A stretch of 20,000 nucleotides of DNA from an uncultured virus (IMG/VR IMGVR_UViG_3300020207_000018). Lineage: Duplodnaviria > Heunggongvirae > Uroviricota > Caudoviricetes. The DNA lies in IMG/VR virus record IMGVR_UViG_3300020207_000018, positions 58,375 to 78,374 of that record; one strand, 5' to 3'. Below the pieces are notes generated by a model, which saw only the letters and a program-made list of their open reading frames with translations, did no database searches and was not told the origin of the DNA. Shown one piece after another: positions 1 to 9,838 of this stretch (positions are counted from its first letter, which is position 1; each line of letters begins with the position of its first letter). A program made the position numbers and the translations under genes.

Positions 1-3000
1 TGGTACAATTGTGACACTAACAATTCTATCGTTACGTGTTTCAACTAACTCTTCTACAACCGATGTTCTAACACCTGTTCTGATCTGAGACTCAGGTGTT
101 TCTGTTACATTTCTTGTAACAGTAGTATTAGGTGTATATTCACCACCTTGTGAAGGATCACCGTTCCAAGCTGCTGGAACACTTGATAATGTCTCTGTCT
201 CTACAACTGTAGGTTCACCTACCCATGTAGTCTGCCATGCGTTCCAAACAGTGCCTAATGCGTTTTCGTTCTCTGCTAATACTGCATCGAAGTTGCCTTC
301 TCTGTTAACTCTTACTTCTGGTAATTGTTCTGTGTCTTGCCAGATGTCTGTCTCTGGACTTAGTTTAACGTGACCAATAAATGCAAACACAGCGTATGGG
401 TTAACATTTAATGACCTAGATGCCTTATTTTGATTAACAAATGATCTTTCTGTATATGGTAATGTGATAATATCACCAGACTTCTTATAGTTACGTGACA
501 ATGCTGAGTTAGCAATGATATCAAAGAACTGAGTATGGTGTTTAGGTCTTAATTGACCTAGTTTTGTATCGATAGCACATTCATAGTCTGGATGTGAAAC
601 ATCACCAATCTTATGACCTCTAAAGTTATCTACTAAGAAGCCTGATTTATATCTGTCAAATCCGTCTGCATCTAAAATTTGTTTTGATTGTGTATCTTTT
701 TCTAATAAAGATAGTGCTGTAATTCTTTCAATGTTTGTAAGTCTTTGGTTTATTCTACCAATATCTTTCATCGTATATCTACGATGATCAAATTGTTTTA
801 AATTGATTTCTTTTAAGTTTGATGTGTAAGCAGGTATGAACAATTCGAACATTTCAATTGCATCATCTAACTGATTTGGTTTTTGAGGACTAATATCAGG
901 ATAACCAATAGAAACTTCAAACTTACCATTTCTAGTTAAGAATACTTTATCAATTCTAGGTACATAGAAATCTATATCTGCTGTCACTGAAGATGTAGGC
1001 ATTGGACATGAAATTGTTCCATTGTCGACATCGTTAAACACCCTTGATGTGTATACAAATGGTGCAGCTGTTACTTTTGTATTATCTGATAAGTTTAATG
1101 GATCGTTCTGATCATAAGCATTTGTATCATCATCTTGGAAATTAGTGCCAGGTAAAAAGTCTGTTGATGGTCTAAAGTCTACTGCATCTGATAATTCGAA
1201 CTTACCGTCTGGTTCAAAACCACCTAAGTCTACTTTATTTGGTGAGTAATTTGGTATATCTTTGTACTCAACATCAGCACTGTTATAAGAATTTACTGAG
1301 TAGTAATCTCCTGTACCACCTCTACTAAACATGTCAAAGATAACAGTCACAGGATTGTTAGGTGCTGATCTACCTTGTTTTAAAACTAGTTTTGAGAAGT
1401 CATAATAACCATCTCTTTGGCCATTGTCTAAGAAATAGTTGTTCTTAATGTTTGGTGAACCTGCACTTAAGTTTGATAGTACAGCGATACCTGAACTTGT
1501 TTGGCCAACAATTGTCTCACCGTCAATGAAAGGTATATCATTTAAGTATACAAAGTATGATGTGTTTGTATCACCACCCCAATTGATCAATAATGCTCTT
1601 GCTGTTGATGATTGACCTACAATCTCTTCTTTTAATGCAAAAGAACCTGAACTTATTGTTACAGTTGCGTTTGGTGGTGTTGCCTGACTATTTGAACCTG
1701 AAGTTGTGCCTGGAACTGCCTCTAAAACTGCATGTATTTTATAGACATCTGGTACACATAGATTCAATTCTTTGTGATCGTATGCAAGACCATAGAAAGG
1801 TTTATCACTATTAGATGATCTAAATGAAACTGATCTGAATTTTTCTAAAGCTTTTGACTTTACAGCAGGTGCTGTTCTCTTAACAGTATAAGTTGCTAAT
1901 ATTTGAGCACCTGATCCTGAATCACTGAATGTAACATCTAATGAAGTACCTGGTGTACCAAAAGTTACATCGTCTGCGACTAACACGTCACCTAATGCTA
2001 CGACATCACCAGTTCCGTTTAGTGATAATTTAGTAAATTGATATTTGTCATCACCAAAGTCTGAGAATGTTTCGTCTGACTCTTTTGTCAAAGTGATTGT
2101 ACCATTTGACATTGAGAACAGTCCTTGTTTTCTGACTTCTACTGTTCCTGTTGGTGTTACATCTGAAACGTAATCTCTAGGCCATGCAAATATATTTGAT
2201 GTCTGATCTTGGTCTGCAAGTTTTGCTCTTTTTCTGATAACTGCTACTTGTGTTGCCGCTGAAGGTGTCACTGCACCACCAGCTGTTGTAACTACATTTA
2301 ACGATGTATCGTTAGTAACAACTGAAACTCTATGTTCTGTACCATTAACAACGATATGATCACCAACTTTTACTTCTTTAGTAAACTGTGAACCAACACC
2401 TTGTAATTCATTTGTTGAGCCATTAAATGTACCTAAACCAGATATTACTGATATATCATCTAATACTACATCGGCACTAAAGTCTAGTCCTACGCTAGCA
2501 GGTGAAACTTGACCGACTGAGTGAGATTGACTTACATTAAAGACCTGAACACTAGTTGATGCTACTGCTGATGCAGTTCCCTTACCTCTAACTGATACAT
2601 TATTACCTGATACAAATTGTCCTACTACATCATGTAGATAAATGTTATTACTATCGACATATGCAACAATACCTGTTGCGCCTGTAATATCGTCTGTTAG
2701 TTTATCACCGTTAGCATATAATGTTGAGGTTGCTGTTGTAACTCCAACTTTAGTAAACATTTTAATATCAAATAGATATAATTGATATTCATCTGTAGCT
2801 GACTCATCAAAATGTCTAACTCTTGCAAAACCAATATTCTCTGCACTACCACTTAATGCTGATGCAGAAGATTTAGGTAGACTGTAAAGTTTGATTGGTT
2901 CGAAAGCATTTGTTGAAGCTGAATCACCAATTTCTGGCATTCCATAAATGTTGTTGATTTTTAATTTATTACCTATTCTAACTGGTGTTGATGCGTTAGA

Positions 3001-4155
3001 TAGTTCTGCTGTTGTTCTTGCTTTATTAATTGTTAGGTTTGATGTACCTGCTTTTTCAATTTCGTATCCTCTAACATAAGCTTTACCAGCAGATATCTGC
3101 ATGATAAACTTCTCTTCTTGTCCGCCTTCTGCTATTGGATAAAACCCTTTGTTATCTGAAGTTTTTAAATGTTCTCTGAAATTACTAGTAAATGGTCTTA
3201 CAACAAAATCGCCATTGGCATCAAAGGTTCTTCGTGCCATAGTATTTTCTATTTCAGAATAGATTGGTCTATTGATTGATAGTTCAATGATACCATTGTT
3301 AACTCTTGCTAATTCAATGAAGTTAACACTTGTAGTATCTGTTAGTGCTACTTTAGATAATGTAAGATCAAATTTTAATCTATCGGCACCAGGCGCATTA
3401 TCGTTTGATGAGCCTTGTGCATTGTCTAAGAGACTATTATCTTCTGTTGATGATATGATAGTTTCATTGATAGAAAGACCAACTCTATATGAAGGATTAC
3501 CTGCATATTTTTCTAATACGATAAGTTGTTTGTCTACCTTTACAAAGAAACCTCTTGTAAAAACTACACCTTCTGAAATTTCTGCAATTGAAGCACGACC
3601 AGTTGGTGTTGATGATTGTGATAATGTTTTAAAGTAGTTGTTGTTTGTTGCTACAGCAGAAGTTGATCCAAAACCGTCAGCTGAGAATTCTACTTCTCTT
3701 ATTTCTTCTGAACCTTTGAATATAAAAGAACCATCGCTGTCTGTACCTTGTGATAATGCTTTTACAAATAGTGTTATAGAATCATCTTCAGTTTCAGCAG
3801 TTGATGAAATAACTTTTGCTACTACACCTGTTGTTAAACCTTGAATGAGTTTGCCGTGAAAACTAGTTCTATAAGATTCTACGTTTAGATCGCCGTTTGC
3901 ATTTGGATTTGAATTTTGTACTTTGACAAAATAGATGTCCATGTCAATGTTTGACTGAGCACCTGAAACAATAGAACCTTCTTTAAAGAAATGATCACCA
4001 AATTTCTCTACCTGATCTTGTAGAATAGATTGAGTTTGAGTTAACTCTCTCGCTTGAATTGGTCGACCAGCACGATACAGAACTTTATGAAATTTCTTGT
4101 CTGCATCGTAATCATCGTAATATGGTGTAATATTTAGATCCGTTTTCTCTGACAT
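1..4155 (-). CDS. Large virion structural protein, DUF4815/VrlC-like (baseplate/tail-associated); 3' end truncated by the window edge, >=1385 aa
   Basis: Not in the ORF track because it is open-ended. Manual translation from ATG at 4155 gives MSEKTDLNITPYYDDYDADKKFHKVLYRAGRPIQARELTQTQSILQDQVEKFGDHFFKEGS. In-frame internal motifs include NYFLDNGQRDGYYD (~1400-1440) and HRRYTMKDIGRINQRLTNIERITALSLLE...DGFDRYKSGFLVDNF (~620-790). The same frame is open at position 1 (...NDRIVSVTIVP); I translated sampled blocks, not every codon. These motifs and the position after gp8 match the VrlC-like protein of marine T4-like phages. Confidence 0.88.
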   Translation of the reverse strand, partial: MSEKTDLNITPYYDDYDADKKFHKVLYRAGRPIQARELTQTQSILQDQVEKFGDHFFKEGSIVSGAQSNIDMDIYFVKVQNSNPNANGDLNVESYRTSFHGKLIQGLTTGVVAKVISSTAETEDDSITLFVKALSQGTDSDGSFIFKGSEEIREVEFSADGFGSTSAVATNNNYFKTLSQSSTPTGRASIAEISEGVVFTRGFFVKVDKQLIVLEKYAGNPSYRVGLSINETIISSTEDNSLLDNAQGSSNDNAPGADRLKFDLTLSKVALTDTTSVNFIELARVNNGIIELSINRPIYSEIENTMARRTFDANGDFVVRPFTSNFREHLKTSDNKGFYPIAEGGQEEKFIMQISAGKAYVRGYEIEKAGTSNLTINKARTTAELSNASTPVRIGNKLKINNIYGMPEIGDSASTNAFEPIKLYSLPKSSASALSGSAENIGFARVRHFDESATDEYQLYLFDIKMFTKVGVTTATSTLYANGDKLTDDITGATGIVAYVDSNNIYLHDVVGQFVSGNNVSVRGKGTASAVASTSVQVFNVSQSHSVGQVSPASVGLDFSADVVLDDISVISGLGTFNGSTNELQGVGSQFTKEVKVGDHIVVNGTEHRVSVVTNDTSLNVVTTAGGAVTPSAATQVAVIRKRAKLADQDQTSNIFAWPRDYVSDVTPTGTVEVRKQGLFSMSNGTITLTKESDETFSDFGDDKYQFTKLSLNGTGDVVALGDVLVADDVTFGTPGTSLDVTFSDSGSGAQILATYTVKRTAPAVKSKALEKFRSVSFRSSNSDKPFYGLAYDHKELNLCVPDVYKIHAVLEAVPGTTSGSNSQATPPNATVTISSGSFALKEEIVGQSSTARALLINWGGDTNTSYFVYLNDIPFIDGETIVGQTSSGIAVLSNLSAGSPNIKNNYFLDNGQRDGYYDFSKLVLKQGRSAPNNPVTVIFDMFSRGGTGDYYSVNSYNSADVEYKDIPNYSPNKVDLGGFEPDGKFELSDAVDFRPSTDFLPGTNFQDDDTNAYDQNDPLNLSDNTKVTAAPFVYTSRVFNDVDNGTISCPMPTSSVTADIDFYVPRIDKVFLTRNGKFEVSIGYPDISPQKPNQLDDAIEMFELFIPAYTSNLKEINLKQFDHRRYTMKDIGRINQRLTNIERITALSLLEKDTQSKQILDADGFDRYKSGFLVDNFRGHKIGDVSHPDYECAIDTKLGQLRPKHHTQFFDIIANSALSRNYKKSGDIITLPYTERSFVNQNKASRSLNVNPYAVFAFIGHVKLSPETDIWQDTEQLPEVRVNREGNFDAVLAENENALGTVWNAWQTTWVGEPTVVETETLSSVPAAWNGDPSQGGEYTPNTTVTRNVTETPESQIRTGVRTSVVEELVETRNDRIVSVTIVP

Positions 4156-4167
4156 AGTTTTAAATTT

Positions 4168-4190
4168 TATTTAATGTTGTTTAAAACAAC
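4168..4190 (-). promoter_or_regulatory. Intergenic inverted repeat plus a degenerate late-promoter-like box upstream of the DUF4815 gene
   Basis: GTTGTTT-A-AAACAAC at 4176-4190 is a perfect 7-bp inverted repeat. The minus strand reads ATTAAATA at 4175-4168 (TAAATA core), 12 nt before the ATG. No Shine-Dalgarno is visible. Confidence 0.35.
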
Positions 4191-4193
4191 TAA

Positions 4194-5717
4194 TTACATT
4201 TCAATGATCAGTTTGATATCTTCAATCTGATCGGCTGCCCTTGACACAGGACCTCTATTCTCAACATAGAGAATATCACCAGTAAATCTTCTCATCTCTG
4301 GATGATCTGCATCTACACCAGCGGCATTCACTGAAGTTACAATTGAACCAGAAGCATTGATGTAAATATCATCATTGTTTTGGAACAATATAAACTCACC
4401 ACCGCCATTTGCTATCGGTTGATAACTTATAATATTACCTGACTTAGATACAACTCTACCAACTGCTGTTGATGCGTTGTTTGTTGTACTATCTGTTATA
4501 ATATCATCTACTGATATACCTGAAGCACTACCAACTGTAATTCTATTTGTTACAGTCATTGTTGATAGTGTTGAAATAGCACCGTCTGAGTCTTGTAAAG
4601 GATTTTTAATTAGACCAATTTGTCTAAAATCGTTGTCTGTTGGGAAATCACCTGAGCCTTCGCCAAACTCTAATCTTGAGTTTACTACTACGAAGTTACC
4701 GCCTAGTTCGTCAACTGGATTTGCACCATGACCACCAATTGGTGACATTACAACGTGAACTTCTGCACCTGAACCTGATGCTATAGGTGTAGCAGCTGAG
4801 TCATCTACGATGTTTGCATCGATAGTATCTAATGATGCACGTCTGTAACCTGAACCGTATGATGATGAATCTTTAAAATATGCATCTACTAATTCACCTG
4901 AGTCAAATGATAATGTTACAACAGCACCTGAACCGTCACCTTGGACTGGAATGTCACATGTGAATGTACTTGAACCTCCACTTGTCGCAGTATAACCTGA
5001 ACCAGCAGATTTAACAATATATCTAAACACTGCACCGTCAACCGCATCGTTTTCTACATCCCATTGAGCAGAACCGTCATCGGTTGCTGATGAACCGAAT
5101 CCACCGTTTGTACCGATACCAGCAATTCCTGATTTAGCACCGAGAGTCTTTACAGGAATAAAATCGTTAGTTACAAATTTAATAACATCTGAGGCAGTAA
5201 TTTGATACATAAATTTCCACATATATCCGTCTGAGGTAGTTTCAGGATCAGTGGTACTAACTGAAGTTGGTTGGTCTGTTGAATTAACGGGATTTACACC
5301 GCTATAAGGTGTTTTTAAACACTTATAGACTTTATATTCGTCTGTAATTATATAACCCTTACCATCAAACCAGTTCACTATTGAACCGTCTGAACTTGAA
5401 GGTACTGCTGTACCTACACCGTAATCGTCTCTATACTCGTCATATACTGTACCTGATGTCCAGTCATATCTTACAAGTCCGTGTGATACATCACCTGAAG
5501 AAACTTGTTTAAGAGCAATCATATTTGATTGTGCTCCTAATATTTCCTCTACTGAATTGTTTGGACTTGGTGGGTTATTATCGTCAATTGATGAATCATC
5601 AGCATCTACCCATGCGTGTGATCTACCAATGAATATGTAATTTTTAGAATCGCTGAAATCTGCAACAAATTCTTTTGCATTGTGCGTTCTAAAATTCTCT
5701 AAAATTATTGCTGCCAT
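4194..5717 (-). CDS. gp8: Baseplate wedge subunit gp8-like
   Basis: N-terminal MAAIILENFRTHNAKEF..YIFIGRSHAW, RYDWTSGTVYDEY, YKVYKCL, DGYMWKFMY, DFIPV; C-terminal NDFRQIGLIKNP and GDILYVENRGPVSRAADQIEDIKLIIEM. Lies after gp7. SD GAGGAG at 5733-5728. Confidence 0.92.
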   Translation of the reverse strand: MAAIILENFRTHNAKEFVADFSDSKNYIFIGRSHAWVDADDSSIDDNNPPSPNNSVEEILGAQSNMIALKQVSSGDVSHGLVRYDWTSGTVYDEYRDDYGVGTAVPSSSDGSIVNWFDGKGYIITDEYKVYKCLKTPYSGVNPVNSTDQPTSVSTTDPETTSDGYMWKFMYQITASDVIKFVTNDFIPVKTLGAKSGIAGIGTNGGFGSSATDDGSAQWDVENDAVDGAVFRYIVKSAGSGYTATSGGSSTFTCDIPVQGDGSGAVVTLSFDSGELVDAYFKDSSSYGSGYRRASLDTIDANIVDDSAATPIASGSGAEVHVVMSPIGGHGANPVDELGGNFVVVNSRLEFGEGSGDFPTDNDFRQIGLIKNPLQDSDGAISTLSTMTVTNRITVGSASGISVDDIITDSTTNNASTAVGRVVSKSGNIISYQPIANGGGEFILFQNNDDIYINASGSIVTSVNAAGVDADHPEMRRFTGDILYVENRGPVSRAADQIEDIKLIIEM

Positions 5718-5736
5718 TTTTTTGTAACTCCTCGGT

Positions 5737-5755
5737 TATTTATAAACTATTTATA
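5737..5755 (-). promoter_or_regulatory. Two tandem T4-type late promoters (TATAAATA) upstream of gp8
   Basis: The plus strand has TATTTATA at 5737-5744 and 5748-5755, i.e. two perfect TATAAATA boxes on the minus strand. The distal one overlaps the gp7 stop codon. Confidence 0.85.
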
Positions 5756-8700
5756 ATGCTGCTAGGGTTGAATTGGTAACTTTTGATGAAGAAACATAGG
5801 TAGAATGAGCTATATTAGTTCGTCTGTTCGCATATAGAGGTAATTCTGCTATATACATTAACCCTAATAGGTTATCTAACTGACTAATTCTTAGTCCTTC
5901 ACTCTCGCTAGTTTCATCCAACATGAAACCTCCGCCACTTTCTAAAAGTATTCTATCACCAAAGTCTGGTTCTGTATTGATATTGTTTACAATATTTGAT
6001 GCGTTGCCAGATTCTTGGTGGATATGATATGCTATCTTATAAGTTTGTTGATACGCAATCTTATTTAGTGATCTAAATGTAGACCCTATAGGAGCAAAAC
6101 TATGTAAGTTACTACCTGAACCTAATCTTTCGTCTGTTATTGGATTGCCATCTTCAAAAATCATTCTATCACCATTTTCCATATAGAAGTATGGTTCGTA
6201 CATTTCTGCCGATCTTTCAGTTACGAAATACTCTGGCATTTCTGGTACAGTTTCATCTTCTAATTCAACTACTAAACCACTTATGTCTTCATAACCACTT
6301 GTTGCTGGGTTGTATGAATCAGGATCATTAGGGTCACTTAATTCGTAAATCTTTGCATGATCTTCAAATACGATTCTTGGACCAACCTCATCTCTGTTTT
6401 GTGGTTCATGGTTTAGATAGTTTCTTGGTTCTTCACTTCTAAAGAGATTGCCGTCTTCTAATGCTATTCTTTCATCTAAGAACTCTGCAAATTGGAACAC
6501 TGTACCTTGATCTGAAGGTCTAGCACCAATTGGTGACACCGCATCTTCTTTAGTCATAATCAGATAGTCTCTATCAGTGTTGTATAAGTTCAATACTGAT
6601 ACTACGCCATCTAATCTTGGTGATCTTTGATTTGATATTGTTATTTCTTCTGCAACTGGATCATGTGATATATTTTGATATTGTTTCTGTGATACAGGAT
6701 CAATTGCTGAAATACCACTGTACCTCGATCTAAGTTTAGACTTAAGTACAGCACTAATTAATGTTCTTACTGAGTTTATATTTAAATGTCTGTTTCTATG
6801 TGACGAATCTCCATACTCAGTTAATGGTTCTGTGATTGCGCCGTCTGTTCTTGGGTCTGTACCTGTTGTAGGTATGCCCGCTTCATCTAAGTTGATTTGC
6901 ATTGCTAAATCTTCTAACTCAGATGCTGTAGTATGGAATAATACTAATGTTTCTTTCTTAGTAGATGCTTTAGCCTCGAATGCCTGTTCATTTTCAATAT
7001 AGTAACCATCTTCTGTTAATATTTTGAACTTTCTTTGTTTTACATTGATAAGATTAGGGTCTTGACCTGTATCTAAGTAACCTAGTGTTGCATCATCTGG
7101 ATCTGCATCTTCTAATAATAAATGTTCTGAAGCATAAGTTGTAAGTAGTATAGTTGGTACGAATGTTGTATTCTGAATACCAAGTGTGTTTTTAGGATCG
7201 ACTGTAAATCTTCCGTCTCTATCGTCTTGTACGATGTATCTATCAAGTGCAACTTCACCAAAGAAAATGTGGCCAGATGGATGGACTAAATCTTTAACTG
7301 CCGATCTATACGCATTGATTGATTCACCAACTTTAATCACATATGAATGTGATTGATAGAATAGACCATCGTGTATGTTAGTTGTATCGCTAGATACATA
7401 ACCTTTATTGCCGAAGAAGTTATCGTTTATTACACCTTCACCAGCATATTCACCTCTTGCTTCGTATGGGTCATATCTCAATACTTCAAAGTATTGTCCG
7501 TTTGCATAATCAATAAATTCGTTTTCAGCAAATGTACCACTTACATTTGTAAACTTAAGTAAATTTCTTTGTTCATCAAATGATATTACCTCACCTGTTG
7601 CACCAGATTTTCTGCCAGTAAACGTTACACCTTTTGTTAAATCAGCTACAGCAGTTGGATTACCAATCAACATATTGTAATATGAATCACCGCCTAAAAC
7701 TGCATGTTCATCAAAGTTATAACCTTGTGATGTGATTCTGATCTTGCCAACACCACCGACCTTAGATGACCAAGCAAATAGACTTGCACCTTCACCTGCT
7801 GTGACTGTTGATTGTTTAATTGTGCCTTCTGTACCAGAAGAAGAACCTGTTATGATATCTGAAGTTACAAAGTGACCTATATTAGATTCAGTCTTTTTAA
7901 TTACAAGTCTTTTGTTCTTTGAATCAATACGTGATATAACACCGTTTGCAGTAGCAGCCTGATTGGTTACAGTTTCACCAACTGTAAAACTATCGTAGTT
8001 ATCTACATAAATGTAACCACCTGGAAATACTCTAGGTAGTGTTTGATATCCTGTACCACCTGAAGTAATTGCTATTCTTCTAATTCTCTGATCATTATCT
8101 GGATTATTACCATCTTCGATCATGACAACTGAACCATTGACGCCAGTTGTTGTTTGTTCTAAAGTAACTCTAGTAAACTCTGATATTAATTCAACTCTTT
8201 CACCACCAGCAGGTGTTGGTGATGTGTCAAATACCACTCTATCTAAAAAAATTGTATAGTTTTGTCTGCTCTGTTCTATACCATCTACAAACACTTTAAC
8301 TTGTAGACCATTCAGTGCGATAGGTTTATTATTTAAATCTCTTGCACCTAAACCACCAAATGTAGTTTGACCAGCAGTTGCAGTAAATTCGTACTGATCA
8401 AATGCTGTAGCGTTTTCTAAAATAAGTTCGTCACCAGTAGCAGCTATTATCGCTTCTGCACCAGCACCCTCTGTACCTGCTTCTTCAAATACAATAATAT
8501 CGTTTGCTGAATAACCTGTACCTGCATTTTCAATGTATATGTGTTCTATTGGACCTCTAGTCAATTCTGATACAGTTGCTACTGCATCTATTTCACTAGC
8601 ATCTACTTTTGAACCTGTGAATCTAATTTGATCGTTTAGATCATACATTGATCCAACTCTTGCACGTTCAAATAATAACCCACCGCCCATCTCTGATTCG

Positions 8701-9836
8701 GTATTTGGGTTACTTTCTGTATAACCAGAAGAGGCATTTCCTGATTCGTATCTTAAACTACCTGAATTGTCTTCTAATTGAAAATAAGTGCCTGAGTCAT
8801 CTTTTTTGACTTGAGATATGATACCTGTTAAAGTACCTGTATAAATTGTGACACCATCTCTATCTACAAGTTTAACTTGTTTGTTTGGTTGAAATGTGCC
8901 TCTGTGTGTTCTGGAAATTGTAAGTTGATACTGTCTGTCTATTTCAGATATAATACCAACCTTTTCAACGATTGCTTCAGCAACTACTAAAGTTGCATCA
9001 TCATCGCTGTATTGTAATATTTTGTCAGTCTCTTTTGGCACTTGGCCAACTGACATGATGACATTACATTGTCTTTCTTCTTCGTACTCTGACTCTGAAG
9101 CAAAGAATGTTTCTTCTATAGGATATCTAACAGAAGAAGATTCACCATATAGAATTCTCATTAAGAATTGTATGGACTTTTCAGTACCTTTCTCTTTGTA
9201 TAAAGTACCTATGTTCTTTAATGTAAGTCTAGGATTTTGTGTGTCTCTCAGATTAAGAGACGGTATAAAATCTTTTTGAAAGTATTTTAAAAATGTTTCT
9301 AATGTTCTATCAATATCAGAATAGTCTAGTAATCTATTTGATGCGACAATACTATTTTCTTTGTATGTTTTAACAACACCTGTTTGATTGCCTGATCTAC
9401 CAACAATAGTTTCACCTACTGTGAAACCATTTCCTGATATTGTATCAACTAAAAATGTTTTATCATTTATAACTCTAATCTTAGCGATTGAACCACTAGA
9501 TTGACCATAAATGTATTCATCTTTAGTAAAAGGGTCTGATTGAATATCAGACAATGATGAGGCGTTGAGAAGTATCTTTGATGAGTCTGCTTCTGGATTG
9601 CCTGCAAAAGTATTCTTTTCAAAAAGGATGGCACCCCTTTCTTTCTGAGTGCCGTCCTCTAATCGAATGCCGTCTAGTGCTTGAATACTATCAAGCACTA
9701 GAATTTCGGACTCTAAGTACTCAAAATACGCCTCTAAAAAACTTTCAAATACAGGTGCATCTTCTCTTAAATGATCTGGTAAGAGAGATGGTAACCTCGT
9801 TGATAGTCTGTCATAGACGTGATTTTGATGAGACAT
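5751..9836 (-). CDS. gp7: Baseplate wedge initiator gp7-like, with inserted modules and a long acidic C-terminal extension
   Basis: N-terminal LPDHLREDAPVFESFLEAYFEYLE, LKNIGTLYKEKGTEKSIQFLMRILYGE, and IHDGLFYQSHSYVIKVGESINAYRSAVKDLVHPSGHIFFGEV (HPxG motif, ~aa 852). Lies between gp6 and gp8. Confidence 0.85.
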   Translation of the reverse strand: MSHQNHVYDRLSTRLPSLLPDHLREDAPVFESFLEAYFEYLESEILVLDSIQALDGIRLEDGTQKERGAILFEKNTFAGNPEADSSKILLNASSLSDIQSDPFTKDEYIYGQSSGSIAKIRVINDKTFLVDTISGNGFTVGETIVGRSGNQTGVVKTYKENSIVASNRLLDYSDIDRTLETFLKYFQKDFIPSLNLRDTQNPRLTLKNIGTLYKEKGTEKSIQFLMRILYGESSSVRYPIEETFFASESEYEEERQCNVIMSVGQVPKETDKILQYSDDDATLVVAEAIVEKVGIISEIDRQYQLTISRTHRGTFQPNKQVKLVDRDGVTIYTGTLTGIISQVKKDDSGTYFQLEDNSGSLRYESGNASSGYTESNPNTESEMGGGLLFERARVGSMYDLNDQIRFTGSKVDASEIDAVATVSELTRGPIEHIYIENAGTGYSANDIIVFEEAGTEGAGAEAIIAATGDELILENATAFDQYEFTATAGQTTFGGLGARDLNNKPIALNGLQVKVFVDGIEQSRQNYTIFLDRVVFDTSPTPAGGERVELISEFTRVTLEQTTTGVNGSVVMIEDGNNPDNDQRIRRIAITSGGTGYQTLPRVFPGGYIYVDNYDSFTVGETVTNQAATANGVISRIDSKNKRLVIKKTESNIGHFVTSDIITGSSSGTEGTIKQSTVTAGEGASLFAWSSKVGGVGKIRITSQGYNFDEHAVLGGDSYYNMLIGNPTAVADLTKGVTFTGRKSGATGEVISFDEQRNLLKFTNVSGTFAENEFIDYANGQYFEVLRYDPYEARGEYAGEGVINDNFFGNKGYVSSDTTNIHDGLFYQSHSYVIKVGESINAYRSAVKDLVHPSGHIFFGEVALDRYIVQDDRDGRFTVDPKNTLGIQNTTFVPTILLTTYASEHLLLEDADPDDATLGYLDTGQDPNLINVKQRKFKILTEDGYYIENEQAFEAKASTKKETLVLFHTTASELEDLAMQINLDEAGIPTTGTDPRTDGAITEPLTEYGDSSHRNRHLNINSVRTLISAVLKSKLRSRYSGISAIDPVSQKQYQNISHDPVAEEITISNQRSPRLDGVVSVLNLYNTDRDYLIMTKEDAVSPIGARPSDQGTVFQFAEFLDERIALEDGNLFRSEEPRNYLNHEPQNRDEVGPRIVFEDHAKIYELSDPNDPDSYNPATSGYEDISGLVVELEDETVPEMPEYFVTERSAEMYEPYFYMENGDRMIFEDGNPITDERLGSGSNLHSFAPIGSTFRSLNKIAYQQTYKIAYHIHQESGNASNIVNNINTEPDFGDRILLESGGGFMLDETSESEGLRISQLDNLLGLMYIAELPLYANRRTNIAHSTYVSSSKVTNSTLAAL

Positions 9837-9838
9837 AA

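Noticed and set aside
1593..4731. Plus-strand ORFs 1593-1814, 3272-3637, 3638-3844 and 4477-4731
   Set aside because: They are antisense shadows of the DUF4815 and gp8 genes, with biased S/T/V/L-rich composition and no family motifs.
4800..8530. GxGY repeats (SAGSGYT, NAGTGYS, SGGTGYQ) in gp8 and gp7 as a novel motif
   Set aside because: This is a common beta-module in baseplate and fibre proteins of marine T4-like phages. Only a few copies occur here, so it is not distinctive.
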